In this document: positions 36,471-50,663 of the stretch, piece after piece | Numbering within the stretch: position 1 is the first letter of the stretch | Layout: each line of letters begins with the position of its first letter | Source: Ramlibacter sp. | Lineage (GTDB): Bacteria; Pseudomonadota; Gammaproteobacteria; Burkholderiales; Burkholderiaceae_C | Reading direction: 5' to 3' | Assembly: GCA_046348225.1 (NCBI GenBank) | Contig: JAXMEQ010000004.1 | Location: 234,081-298,080 of the forward strand | DNA: 64,000 nucleotides | Position numbers and translations under genes: made by a program | Notes under the pieces: model-generated | The model's database searches: none | Told to the model about the DNA's origin: nothing | Seen by the model: only the letters and a program-made list of their open reading frames with translations

Positions 36471-36532
36471 AGACGGCGCGCGGGTCTGGGGGGAGTATCG
36501 GCAACCTGACCTCAACCCCACGGACCGCTCCC

Positions 36533-37540
36533 ATGAAAACGCTCACATCAAAACTCCTCTTTGCAGCCACCACGTTTGCCATCGCACTCGCTGGCACAGG
36601 CGCCCACGCTGCCGGCTATCAGCACGGGTTTGCGGCCGATCCTGATGGCAAGCCCTTGCAAATCGGCATCTGGTACCCGAGCAAGGCGATGGTCCAGCCC
36701 GTGTCGATCGGTCCGACCACGATGAATGTCGCCATGAATGGCACGGCGGAGGGCAAGGCCCTGCCCCTCGTTGTCATCTCGCACGGGCACGCCAGCTCGT
36801 TCCTCAGTCACTACGACACGGCCATCGCGCTGGCCGACGCCGGCTTTGTCGTGGCGGCCGTCAGCCACGCGGGCGACAACTATGCGGACCAGAGCCGCAG
36901 CATGGACGTGATGGATCGGCCGCGCCAGGTCAGCCGGGTGATTGACCACATGCTGTCGGCTTGGGAGGGCCGTGCCCTGATCGATCCCGCGCGCGTCGGC
37001 ATGTACGGCTACTCGGCGGGCGGCTTCACCACGCTGGTGAACATCGGTGGCGTTCCCGATTTCACGACGGTGGGTCCGATGTGCCGGCAGCACCCCGGAG
37101 ACTTTGTGTGCCAACTCATCGCAAAAGGCGGTGGCAACGCGACGTCGCCCGCTGCGTCTGCCAATGGCCGCGCGGCTGACTTTCGCATCAAGGCCGCTGT
37201 GGTCGCCGCGCCCGCGATTGGATTTGCCTTTGCGCCAGACGGGCTCCGGAACGTCAAAGTGCCCGTTCAGCTCTGGAGCGCTGAAAACGACCTGTTGGTT
37301 CCGCAGGCGCGCTATGCAGAAGCCGTACGGCGTGCCTTGCCGCAGGCGCCGGAGTATCACGTCGTTTCCGGTGCCGGCCACTACGACTTCCTGGTGCCTT
37401 GCAGCAACGCACTTGCGTCGATCGCGCCCTTCATCTGCACCAGTGCCGCCGGCTTTGACCGGGCGGCCTTTCACGCGAAGTTCAACGTGGAGGTCGTTGG
37501 CTTCTTTCACAGGACGCTGAAAAGCGGGGCTGGGTCCTGA
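36533..37540 (+). CDS. secreted alpha/beta hydrolase (COG4188-type predicted dienelactone hydrolase)
   Basis: Signal peptide MKTLTSKLLFAATTFAIALAGTGAHA. Nucleophile elbow GYSAGG. Start set at ATG 36533. Confidence 0.75.
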   Translation: MKTLTSKLLFAATTFAIALAGTGAHAAGYQHGFAADPDGKPLQIGIWYPSKAMVQPVSIGPTTMNVAMNGTAEGKALPLVVISHGHASSFLSHYDTAIALADAGFVVAAVSHAGDNYADQSRSMDVMDRPRQVSRVIDHMLSAWEGRALIDPARVGMYGYSAGGFTTLVNIGGVPDFTTVGPMCRQHPGDFVCQLIAKGGGNATSPAASANGRAADFRIKAAVVAAPAIGFAFAPDGLRNVKVPVQLWSAENDLLVPQARYAEAVRRALPQAPEYHVVSGAGHYDFLVPCSNALASIAPFICTSAAGFDRAAFHAKFNVEVVGFFHRTLKSGAGS

Positions 37541-37636
37541 GCCGGTCGATGGGGCCACGTTGGGCGCTCGCCCCACCCCGCCTCCAGGCTTTACACACGG
37601 GATACCGTTGCGCAATGCCGCGTTGAAGCACCCCGC

Positions 37637-39022
37637 ATGAAAATGCGGAGCATGAGCGCCGCCGCAATTGCCCTGAACCGCTTTGGCCTGGGTGCCCGGC
37701 CCGACGAGCCGGCGCCGGGCGATGCCCAGCGCTGGCTGCTGCAGCAGCTGGACCCGTTTGACTCGTTGCCCGCGCCCTCGCGGGCACTGTCGCGCACGCC
37801 GGCCTTGCTGGACACCTGGCTCGCGCAGCAGCGTGCCGTCCGCCAGGCGCCCGAGGGCGAGCGCGCCGGCATCCGCGAGGCCTACCTGCGCAAAGCCCGC
37901 GAAGAATACATCGCCGCCGCCGGCGCGCGCACCGCCAGCGCCCTGCAAACCACCACGCCGTTTGTTGAAAGGCTGGTGCATTTCTGGGCCAACCATTTCG
38001 CGGTGTCGGTCGACAAGCTGCTGGTGGTGGGCCTGGCCGGCGGCTTTGAGGCCGACGCCATCCGCCCGCATGTGCTGGGCCGGTTTGAAGACCTGCTGCT
38101 CGCCGTGGTCCGGCACCCGGCGATGCTGCTGTACCTGGACCAGGCGCAGTCCATCGGCCCCGCCAGCCCTGTGGCCTTGCGCGCGCATGAGCGCCAGCCG
38201 CTGCGCGGTCGCGGCCTGAACGAAAACCTGGCCCGCGAAATTCTGGAACTGCACACCCTGGGCGTGCGTGGTGGCTACACGCAGGACGACGTGACCGAGT
38301 TTGCCCGCGCCCTGACAGGCTGGACGCTGCCGGCCGATGACGGCGCCAGCGGCGTCACGGCCACTTTCCGCTTTGTGCCGGCCCTGCACGAGCCTGGGCC
38401 CCGCACGGTGCTGGGCCGCAGCCATGCCGCCGGCGGCGAGCAGCAGGCGCGCGACATCCTGCACCAGCTGGCCACGGCACCGGCCACCGCGCAGCACATC
38501 GCGCGAAAGCTGGCGCGGCATTTCGTGGCTGACGACCCGCCGCCCGCGCTGGTGGCGCGCCTGGCCGCCACCTTTTTGCGCACCGGGGGCGACCTGCCCA
38601 GCCTGTACCGTGACCTGGTGGCGGCCCCTGAAGCCTGGCAGCCGACGGGCGCCAAGTTCAAGTCGCCATGGGACTGGGCGGTCTCCAGTTTCCGCGCCCT
38701 GGGGCGCAGCGAGGTGCCAGCCATGCAGGCGACGAACCTGTTGAACCAGCTGGGGCAGCCGGTGTGGCGGCCCGGCTCACCGGCCGGCTACGACGACGGG
38801 GCCGCCACCTGGGCGGCGCCAGACGCACTGCTGCGGCGCGTCGAGGCGGCGCAACGCATCGCCACGCAAGCTGGCGGCGCCGTGGATGCGCGCACGCTGG
38901 CGCCGCGGCTGCTGCCGGGTGGCGCTTTGGGCGAAGCCACGGCCAGTGCCATCGCACGGGCCGAAAGCGGCAACACGGCGCTGGCGCTGTTGCTGGTGTC
39001 CCCCGAGTTTTTGAGGCGCTAA
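37637..39022 (+). CDS. DUF1800 family protein
   Basis: N-terminal AIALNRFGLGARP and overall DUF1800-like sequence. Classic pairing with the following DUF1501 gene. Confidence 0.8.
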   Translation: MKMRSMSAAAIALNRFGLGARPDEPAPGDAQRWLLQQLDPFDSLPAPSRALSRTPALLDTWLAQQRAVRQAPEGERAGIREAYLRKAREEYIAAAGARTASALQTTTPFVERLVHFWANHFAVSVDKLLVVGLAGGFEADAIRPHVLGRFEDLLLAVVRHPAMLLYLDQAQSIGPASPVALRAHERQPLRGRGLNENLAREILELHTLGVRGGYTQDDVTEFARALTGWTLPADDGASGVTATFRFVPALHEPGPRTVLGRSHAAGGEQQARDILHQLATAPATAQHIARKLARHFVADDPPPALVARLAATFLRTGGDLPSLYRDLVAAPEAWQPTGAKFKSPWDWAVSSFRALGRSEVPAMQATNLLNQLGQPVWRPGSPAGYDDGAATWAAPDALLRRVEAAQRIATQAGGAVDARTLAPRLLPGGALGEATASAIARAESGNTALALLLVSPEFLRR

Positions 39023-39024
39023 GC

Positions 39025-40166
39025 ATGAACCTGGATCGACGCCATTTCCTCGGCACGGCGGCAGTGCTGGCCGCGCCGCGCATCCTGTTCGCGCAGGCCG
39101 ACACCGAGCGCCGCTTCATCTTCGTCATCCAGCGCGGTGCGGCCGATGGCTTGAACACGGTCATCCCCTACGCCGAGCCGGCCTACGCCAGCACCCGCGG
39201 CGCCCTGGCCATCGACAGTGCCAGCGCGCTGAAGCTAGACGGCAGCTTCGCCCTGCACCCGTCGCTGGGTCGTCTGCATGCCCTGTATGGCGCGGGGCAG
39301 GCCACGTTCTTCCACGCCGTGGCGTCTGCCTACCGCGAGCGTTCGCATTTCGACGGCCAGAACGTGCTGGAAACGGGTGGCAACGCGCCGTACCAGGTCA
39401 AGGACGGCTGGATGAACCGGCTGCTGGGCGCGCTGCCGCGCAGCGGCAAGCCCCCGGTGGCGTTTTCGCCCGGCATTCCGCTGGCGCTGCGCGGTGCGGG
39501 CGAAGTCACTTCCTACGCATCGTCAGCCTTGCCGCAGGCCAACGACGACCTGATGCTGCGGGTGGAACAGCTCTACGCGCGCGACGCACAACTGCATGCG
39601 CTGTGGTCGTCTGCCCTGGAGGCGCGCAGCATGGCGGGTGGCATGGCCGGTGGGGGCAACCGGCGGGATGTGGCCGCACTCGGGCGGACGGCGGCCGGAT
39701 TCCTGGCGCGCAGCGACGGGCCGCGCATCGCGATGATCGAAACCGACGGCTGGGACACCCACAGCGCCCAGGCCCCGCGGCTCGCCAACCAGTTGAAGGG
39801 GCTGGACGCCCTGGTGGCCGGTCTGCAGGACGGGCTGGGCGCCACGTGGGCGCAAACGGTGGTGCTGGTGGCCACCGAGTTTGGCCGCACGGTGGCCGCC
39901 AACGGCACCGGCGGCACAGACCACGGCACCGGCGCGGTGGCCATGCTGCTGGGCGGCGCGGTGCAGGGCGGCCGTGTCGTGGCCGACTGGCCCGGGCTGG
40001 CCCCTGCGAACCTGCTGGACGGCCGCGATCTCAAGCCGACGCTGGCGCTGGACGCGCTGGTCACAGCGGTTTGTTCTGAAAGCTTCGGTGTCGACCCGGC
40101 GCGGCTGAGGCCGGTGCTGTTCCCCTACGCTGCCCCGGCCAGGCCGTTGGCCCGGCTGCTGCGCGC

Positions 40167-40170
<4 letters not shown>
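39025..40170 (+). CDS. DUF1501 family protein (Tat-exported, sulfatase-fold-like)
   Basis: Tat motif [15 protein letters not shown], then GWDTH and TEFGRT motifs. Start at ATG 39025, 2 nt after the DUF1800 stop. Confidence 0.85.
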
Positions 40171-42014
<1,844 letters not shown>

Positions 42015-42016
42015 GC

Positions 42017-42409
42017 CTACATCTGCTCCCAGGGCAGGCCGTCGTAGCGCCAGCCGTTGAGCGTGGAGCGCTTGAACTGCTCGTCCAGGTCGCCTTCAAA
42101 GCCGTGCACCACATGGGCCACGTCGGTGAAGCCGGCGGCCTCCAGCGCCTCGCCGGCGGCCAGGGTGCGCTTGCCGCTGCGGCAGATCAGCAGCACCGGG
42201 CGGCTTTTGTCGCCGGCCTCGCGCTCCACGGCGGCGGCAAAGCCGGCCGGGTTGGGCGTGAGGTCGGGGTATTCGTACCAGGGAATGTTCTCCACCCCCG
42301 GCGGGCGGCCCACGTAGAGCGACTCGATCTCCATGCGCACGTCCACGAACAGCGTGTCCGGCCGCTGCTGGAGCTGGGCCCAGGCCTCCTTGGGGAGCAG
42401 GTGTTTCAT
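42017..42409 (-). CDS. rhodanese-like domain protein
   Basis: Active-site loop CRSGKRT. Start set at ATG 42409 ([10 protein letters not shown]...). Confidence 0.75.
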   Translation of the reverse strand: MKHLLPKEAWAQLQQRPDTLFVDVRMEIESLYVGRPPGVENIPWYEYPDLTPNPAGFAAAVEREAGDKSRPVLLICRSGKRTLAAGEALEAAGFTDVAHVVHGFEGDLDEQFKRSTLNGWRYDGLPWEQM

Positions 42410-42455
42410 GCCCTGTATTGTCCAAGCAAATCGGGTGGCGCCTAAAATTGCAGGC

Positions 42456-43502
42456 ATGAAACCCATCGCCTACACCCGCGGCCAGGCCTTGCCCGGCATT
42501 CTTGCGCAGCGCATCGCCATCCTCGACGGCGCCATGGGCACCATGATCCAGCGCTTCAAGCTGAGCGAGGCGCAGTATCGGGGCGAGCGCTTCAAGTACT
42601 TCACGCGCGACGTCAAGGGCAACAACGAGCTGCTGAGCCTGACGCGCCCCGACGTGATCGCCGACATCCACGAGGGCTACCTCGCCGCCGGGGCCGACAT
42701 CATCGAGACCAACACCTTTGGCGCCACCTCCATCGCCCAGGCCGACTACGACATGCAGGGCCTGGCGCGCGAGATGAACCTGGCCTCCGCCCGAATCGCC
42801 CGCGCCGCCTGCGACAAGTTCAGCACGCCCGACAAGCCGCGCTTTGCCGCCGGCGCCCTGGGCCCCACGCCCAAGACGGCCAGCATCAGCCCCGACGTGA
42901 ACGACCCCGGCGCCCGCAATGTGGACTTTGAAACCCTGCGCGCGGCTTATTACGAGCAGGTCGAGGCGCTGGTCGAGGGCGGGTGCGACCTGCTGCTGGT
43001 CGAGACAATTTTTGACACGCTCAACGCCAAGGCCGCGCTGTTTGCCATTGACGAGTACTTTGCCAACACCGGCCAGCGCCTGCCGCTCATCATCAGCGGC
43101 ACCGTGACCGACGCGTCCGGCCGTATCCTGAGCGGCCAGACGGTTACCGCCTTCTGGTACAGCGTGCGCCACGCGCAGCCGCTGGCCATCGGCCTGAACT
43201 GCGCGCTGGGCGCGGCGCTGATGCGCCCCTACATCCAGGAGCTGAACCGTGTGGCGCCGGATACCTTCATCAGCTGCTACCCCAACGCCGGCCTGCCCAA
43301 CCCGATGGCCGAAACCGGCTTTGACGAGACGCCCGACGTCACCAGCCGGCTGCTGCGCGAGTTTGCCGCCGAGGGGCTGGTGAACATTGTGGGCGGCTGC
43401 TGCGGCACCACGCCCGAGCACATTGGGGCCATCCGTGCGGCGGTGCAGCCGCTGGCGGCACGCACGCTTCAGCGCGAGTTTTTCTACAAGGAAGCGGCCT
43501 GA
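42456..43502 (+). CDS. metH: methionine synthase, homocysteine-binding (S-methyltransferase) domain protein (N-terminal module of split MetH)
   Basis: 348 aa. [23 protein letters not shown], and the Zn ligands in GLNCALG and [11 protein letters not shown]. Ends where the MetH pterin-binding domain would begin. Confidence 0.85.
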   Translation: MKPIAYTRGQALPGILAQRIAILDGAMGTMIQRFKLSEAQYRGERFKYFTRDVKGNNELLSLTRPDVIADIHEGYLAAGADIIETNTFGATSIAQADYDMQGLAREMNLASARIARAACDKFSTPDKPRFAAGALGPTPKTASISPDVNDPGARNVDFETLRAAYYEQVEALVEGGCDLLLVETIFDTLNAKAALFAIDEYFANTGQRLPLIISGTVTDASGRILSGQTVTAFWYSVRHAQPLAIGLNCALGAALMRPYIQELNRVAPDTFISCYPNAGLPNPMAETGFDETPDVTSRLLREFAAEGLVNIVGGCCGTTPEHIGAIRAAVQPLAARTLQREFFYKEAA

Positions 43503-44431
43503 GGGGCCTGATGGGCTCCGCCGGAGCCGCCTGAGGCCGGCAGGGTGCGCGCGTCGCGCATCATGTCAATGAAGCGCCGCGCGCCAAGGCCCAGCGGGCG
43601 CTCCTTGGACCACACCACGTCCACCCACAGCTCCAGCGCATTGGTCAGGTTGTCAAACGGAAGCTCGCGCAGCGCGCCTTCGGCCAGCGCGGTGCGCACA
43701 AAGCTGCGCGGCAGCCAGCCCCAGCCCAGCCCGGCCTTGATCAGGCTTAGCGCCGCCTCGGGCGCGTCGGTGCGCCAGACCTGGCGCGCAAACACCACCC
43801 GCGGGTCGGTGATGGCGCGGTCGCGGCTGGCCACCACCACCTGGCGCGTGTCGATCAAATGCGCCTCGCGCAGGCCGCCGGGCCCTGCGGCCTGCAGCAC
43901 CGGATGGCCGGGCGCCATCACAGCCACCAGCGTTTCGCTACCCACCTCCTGGAAGCCCTCGCGCCCGTCCAGGCTGGGCCGCTCGAACACCAGTGCCAGC
44001 TGCACGCGGCCCTCATGCAGCAGGCGCAGGGCGTCGGCCTGCTGCGCGGCCAGCACCTCTACCTCCAGCAGCGGGTAGTCGTGTGCCAGTGCGGCCAGTG
44101 GTGCGGCCCAGGGCGCGGTCAAAAGTTCGGGCGCGATGGCAATGGCCAGGCGGCTTTCGAGCCCCTGCGTCAGGCTCAGGGCATGGGCCTGCAGCTGGCG
44201 CAGCTGCGCGGCCAGCTGGCGCGCCTGCGGCTCCAGCGCACGCGCGGCCGGCGTGGGCTGCGGCTCGCGGCCGCTGCGGTCAAACAGGGCCAGGCCCAGC
44301 TCGGCCTCCAGGTGGCCCATGGTCATGCTCACGGCCGACGGCACCCGCTTCAGCTGCCGCGCGGCGGCTGAGAACGAGCCCGCGTCCAGCACGGCCAGAA
44401 AGACGTGAACGTTATCGCTGGTGAAGGCCAT
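43484..44431 (-). CDS. LysR-family transcriptional regulator (divergent from the PACE exporter, AceR-like arrangement)
   Basis: w[38 protein letters not shown] plus an effector domain. Confidence 0.85.
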   Translation of the reverse strand: MAFTSDNVHVFLAVLDAGSFSAAARQLKRVPSAVSMTMGHLEAELGLALFDRSGREPQPTPAARALEPQARQLAAQLRQLQAHALSLTQGLESRLAIAIAPELLTAPWAAPLAALAHDYPLLEVEVLAAQQADALRLLHEGRVQLALVFERPSLDGREGFQEVGSETLVAVMAPGHPVLQAAGPGGLREAHLIDTRQVVVASRDRAITDPRVVFARQVWRTDAPEAALSLIKAGLGWGWLPRSFVRTALAEGALRELPFDNLTNALELWVDVVWSKERPLGLGARRFIDMMRDARTLPASGGSGGAHQAPQAASL

Positions 44432-44496
44432 GGCGCGTCAATCTATCAGTAAATCTGAAACTACCTGACTTTTTATATCAGATCGGCAGACATAAA

Positions 44497-44937
44497 GTGC
44501 CGTCCATGCAAGGAATCAAGCGGCGTGTGGTCTATGTGGCGCTCTACGAGGCGATTGCCATCGCGGCCGCCACGGTGGGGCTGATGGCCATGAGCGGCCA
44601 GGGCGCGGTCCATTCGGGCGTGCTGTCGGTCATGGCGTCGGCCATCGCGGTGGTGTGGAATCTGGCGTTCAACGCCACGTTCGAGTTCTGGGAGTCGCGC
44701 CAACTAAAGAAGGGCCGCAGCGTGGCGCGGCGCGTGGCGCACGCGGTTGGTTTTGAGGGCGGGCTGGCCGCCATCCTGGTGCCGGTGTTTGCCTGGTGGC
44801 TGGAGGTGACGCTGTGGCAGGCGCTGTGGATGGACCTGGGCCTGCTGCTGTTCTTTCTGGTCTACACCTTCGTCTTCAACTGGGTGTTTGACCGGGTGTT
44901 CGGCCTGCCGATGTCAGCGCAGCCGGCAGTGTCATAG
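44497..44937 (+). CDS. PACE-family (AceI-like, bacterial transmembrane pair) efflux protein
   Basis: About 145 aa and four TM helices. KRRVVYVALYEAIAI carries the conserved TM1 Glu. Tandem BTP repeats (WNLAFNATFEFWE / TFVFNWVFDRVFG). Confidence 0.75.
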   Translation: MPSMQGIKRRVVYVALYEAIAIAAATVGLMAMSGQGAVHSGVLSVMASAIAVVWNLAFNATFEFWESRQLKKGRSVARRVAHAVGFEGGLAAILVPVFAWWLEVTLWQALWMDLGLLLFFLVYTFVFNWVFDRVFGLPMSAQPAVS

Positions 44938-45537
44938 CGGCATCAGGTTGTTGATTTCTTCCTGCATGGCCTGCGTGAGCTGGGCGTATAGCTTGAGCTT
45001 TTCAGCCTGGTCGCGCATGCGTTCGGCGATGCGCAGCGAGATGGCCATCATCAGCTTGGCGGCGGTGCGCGGGTCGTCGTCCAGCAGCTGGTTTAGCGCC
45101 GCGCGCGTGAGGATGGCGCAGCGCACCGTGCTCATGGCGGTGCACGAAGCCGAGCGCGGCTCGCCGTCGAGCAGGCCCATTTCACCAATCAGGCTGCCGG
45201 GCCCCAGCACCGTCACGGTGATCGGCTCGGTGCGGCTGACCACGATGGACTCGATGGTGACTTCGCCATCGAGCACCAGCAGCATGAAGTCGGTGTCTTC
45301 GGTGTCGCCTTCCTTGATGAAGGTCACGCCCTCGGCAATCTTGTGCGGCCTCATGTAGGTCACCACCACACGCGCTTCGTCATGGGTGAGCTGCATCAAC
45401 GCACTGGGGGCGGTGAGCATTTCGGCCGCCAGGTCGGCGCTGGACGAGCCCTCGATGGCGCGCAGGCGCTCCTCGGGCAGGCGTGACTCCTGGGCGTCCG
45501 GTGGACTGCGGCCGAAGAACTTGTTGAACATGGACAT
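44932..45537 (-). CDS. cyclic-nucleotide-binding domain protein
   Basis: cNMP motif GEMGLLDGEPRSASCTA. Only the last 201 codons of the 826-aa track ORF are taken (start ATG 45537, MSMFNKFF...). The remainder is antisense to metH. Confidence 0.75.
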   Translation of the reverse strand: MSMFNKFFGRSPPDAQESRLPEERLRAIEGSSSADLAAEMLTAPSALMQLTHDEARVVVTYMRPHKIAEGVTFIKEGDTEDTDFMLLVLDGEVTIESIVVSRTEPITVTVLGPGSLIGEMGLLDGEPRSASCTAMSTVRCAILTRAALNQLLDDDPRTAAKLMMAISLRIAERMRDQAEKLKLYAQLTQAMQEEINNLMPL

Positions 45538-45592
45538 GGAAACAGCCGGTGGGTGGGGGTGGTGGCAGCGCTTGCCGGTAAAATGATGGTAA

Positions 45593-45666
45593 CTCAAGGA
45601 GCGCTGCAGCCGGTTCGGATTTGTGTCCGCGCCGGTCAGGCTTGAGTGAACCCCAACGGCGCTCAC
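45593..45666 (+). promoter_or_regulatory. SAH (S-adenosylhomocysteine) riboswitch-like leader of metH
   Basis: CTCAAGGAGCGCTGC...GTCAGGCTTGAG...AACGGCGCTCAC matches the remembered SAH-riboswitch core. P1 is CTCAAG/CTTGAG and the pseudoknot is GAGCGC/GCGCTC. The downstream CTCACCT can pair with the SD AGGTGAG. Confidence 0.75.
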
Positions 45667-45690
45667 CTGTACCGCAATGCAAGGTGAGCC

Positions 45691-48411
<2,721 letters not shown>

Positions 48412-48492
48412 CACCGCTTGCGCGGCCACCGCCTACACGGCGGGCCGCGCCGCGCTGATGGACAGCGCGCGCCGGCCCGATACGCTGGCCGC

Positions 48493-49449
48493 ATGGACCT
48501 GTCTTTCTGGAAGGCCCGCTTCTTGGGCCTGTTCGTGCGCCTGTGGCAGGGCGCGCTGCGACCCCTGCACCCCCTGTACCGCGCCGCCCTGCTCTGGGAC
48601 GAAGCCGACGGCATGCGCATGAGCGCGGCGATGTCGTTCTACGGCATCCTGAGCCTGGCGCCGCTGCTGGTGCTGCTGGTGGCCCTGCTGGGCTGGTGGG
48701 TGGACCGCGAGCTGCTGACCCACGGGCTGGTGTCGCAGATCGGCACGCTGGTGGGCGAGCAGGGCGCGGCGGTGATCCAGCAGGCGCTGTCCAGCGCGCG
48801 CGAGCCGGCGCAGGGGCTGGTGGCGTCGGCGGCGGGCCTGGTGATCCTGCTGTTTGGCGCCACCGGCGTGTTTGGCGAGTTGCAGTCCGCGCTGGAACGG
48901 CTGTGGCACCAAGGCCGCACCACCACACCGGACCAGGCCTGGTGGTACAGCGCCACCCTGCGCCTGCGCGGCGTGGGCTATGTGATGGCCTTCGGCTTTT
49001 TGCTGCTGGTGTCGCTGGCGCTGTCCACCCTGCTCAAGCTGTTCACCGGCTGGGCGGGCGCCTGGCTGCCGCTGGAGCCGGTGCTGCTGCTGGTCAATGA
49101 GCTGGTGGCGTTTGCCGTGTGCGCCGGGCTGTTTGTGGGGCTGATGCGCATGAGCGCCGGCCCCAAGCCGCCGCTGCGCGACCTGGTGCTGGGCGCCTGC
49201 ATTGGCGCCACCCTGTTCACCGTGGGCCGGCAGGTGCTGGCGGCCTACCTGTCGACCGCGGCGGTGGTATCGGCCTACGGCGCGGCCGGCTCGCTGGTGG
49301 TGCTGCTGATGTGGATTTACTTCTCGTCGGGTGTGCTGCTGTTTGCCGCTGGCTGCGCGCGCGCCCTGGAAGAAGAGCGCTGCGCCAGCCAGAGCGCCAG
49401 CACCGCCAGTACGCTGGTGCCCAGCAGCCAGGCCAGGCCGGTGCGGTAG
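48493..49449 (+). CDS. YihY/BrkB-family membrane protein
   Basis: MSAAMSFYGILSLAPLL and multi-TM topology. Start set at ATG 48493. Confidence 0.75.
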   Translation: MDLSFWKARFLGLFVRLWQGALRPLHPLYRAALLWDEADGMRMSAAMSFYGILSLAPLLVLLVALLGWWVDRELLTHGLVSQIGTLVGEQGAAVIQQALSSAREPAQGLVASAAGLVILLFGATGVFGELQSALERLWHQGRTTTPDQAWWYSATLRLRGVGYVMAFGFLLLVSLALSTLLKLFTGWAGAWLPLEPVLLLVNELVAFAVCAGLFVGLMRMSAGPKPPLRDLVLGACIGATLFTVGRQVLAAYLSTAAVVSAYGAAGSLVVLLMWIYFSSGVLLFAAGCARALEEERCASQSASTASTLVPSSQARPVR

Positions 49450-50573
49450 CCCACCTCGCGGCTCCACAGCAGGCCCAGCGCCAGCGGGGCCACGGCGCGT
49501 GCCGCCGCCTGCGGCAGGCCGAGCGCGCCATTGAGCGAGGCCACATGCTCGCGGCTCACATACTGCGCAATGGCCGTGCCCTTGACGATGGTCAGCATGC
49601 CGTTGCCCAGCCCGTACAGCAGCACGAACAGCAGCGCCCACACGCCCTGGCCGCCGCCGGCCAGCAGCGCCGCCAGCCCCAGCGGGATCAGGCAGGGGAT
49701 GAGCCGGTTGGCCAGGTGCACGTCAAACCGGCTTTCAAAGAAGAACAGCAGCAGCCGGCCCAGCACCTGGATCACGCCGATGCTGGCCGGGATGATGACG
49801 ACCCAGGCCTCGCTCAGGCCGTTTTCGCGCAGCAGGCTGATCATGTGCGCGGGCAGTGCGGCCGTCACGGCCATCATCACCACCACAAACACGCCGATCA
49901 GCAGGAACGGCGCGCTGCGCAGGTGGTGCGCGAGGCTGTGTGATGGTCGGGCGTCGGTGCTGGCCGTGGCGGGCGCAATCGCGCGCCGGGGCGCGCCGCG
50001 CAGCCAGCGCGCGTGCAGCGGCGCACACACCAGCAGCTGCAGTGCCGCCAGCACCCACAGCGCCTGGCGCCAGCCCAGCGCGTGGATCAGCCAGGCCGAC
50101 AGCGGGATGAACACCGTGCTGGCCAGCCCGCCCAGAAAGGTGAGCGTGATGATGGCGCGGCGAAAGTCGTGCGGAAAGCGGCGCGTGACCACCGCAAACA
50201 CCGGGTTGTAGAGCGTGGCCGAAAGCGCCGCACCCAGCCCCAGCCATACCGCATAGAACCCGGCCACCGACGACACGAAGCTGTGCAGGAACAGGCACAG
50301 CGCCACGGCCAGTGAGCCCAGTGTCATCACCGCGCGCTCGTGGCCCCGGTCAATCAGCCGGCCCACCGGCCAGGCGAGCAGCCCCTCGGCCAGGAGCGCC
50401 AGGCTGAACGCCAGCGACGACTGCGCACGGCTCAGGCCCAGCTCGCGCTCCACCGGCTCCATCAGCAGCGCAAAGGTGTAGAACACGCTGCCCCAGGTGA
50501 CCAGCTGCCCCACCGAGAGCCAGCCCACCATCCGCCGGTCGTAGGAAAGGGCGGGGCCGGCGGCGGGCGTCAT
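49317..50573 (-). CDS. MFS transporter
   Basis: 418 aa, about 12 hydrophobic segments, and a GRLIDRGHER loop motif between TM2 and TM3. Confidence 0.8.
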   Translation of the reverse strand: MTPAAGPALSYDRRMVGWLSVGQLVTWGSVFYTFALLMEPVERELGLSRAQSSLAFSLALLAEGLLAWPVGRLIDRGHERAVMTLGSLAVALCLFLHSFVSSVAGFYAVWLGLGAALSATLYNPVFAVVTRRFPHDFRRAIITLTFLGGLASTVFIPLSAWLIHALGWRQALWVLAALQLLVCAPLHARWLRGAPRRAIAPATASTDARPSHSLAHHLRSAPFLLIGVFVVVMMAVTAALPAHMISLLRENGLSEAWVVIIPASIGVIQVLGRLLLFFFESRFDVHLANRLIPCLIPLGLAALLAGGGQGVWALLFVLLYGLGNGMLTIVKGTAIAQYVSREHVASLNGALGLPQAAARAVAPLALGLLWSREVGYRTGLAWLLGTSVLAVLALWLAQRSSSRARAQPAANSSTPDEK

Positions 50574-50601
50574 GGGCCGATTTTATCGCAGATTACAAAG
50601 C

Positions 50602-50655
50602 AAATCGGGCTGAAGCCCGCGTCGATGCTGCGTAAGGCGCTATCAAAAACATAGC
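50602..50655 (+). repeat. REP-like element, copy E
   Basis: AAATCGGGCTGAAGCCCGCGTCGATGCTGCGTAAGGCGCTATCAAAAACATAGC. Confidence 0.85.
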
Positions 50656-50663
50656 ATCTTGAA

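Noticed and set aside
36548-38521. 657-aa minus-strand ORF
   Set aside because: It is antisense to the hydrolase and DUF1800 genes, both of which have recognisable signatures. It has no motifs of its own.
42427-42452. Possible seventh, internally deleted REP-like copy (AAATCGGGTGGCGCCTAAAATTGCAGG) between the rhodanese and metH-N genes
   Set aside because: Only the first 8 nt and a loose GGCGC..AAAA tail match. That is too short and degenerate to call without a statistical model.
45541-45690. Cobalamin riboswitch upstream of the B12-dependent methionine synthase
   Set aside because: I could not find a B12-box-like core. B12 riboswitches normally control metE and transport genes rather than metH. 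The sequence instead matches the SAH-riboswitch core.
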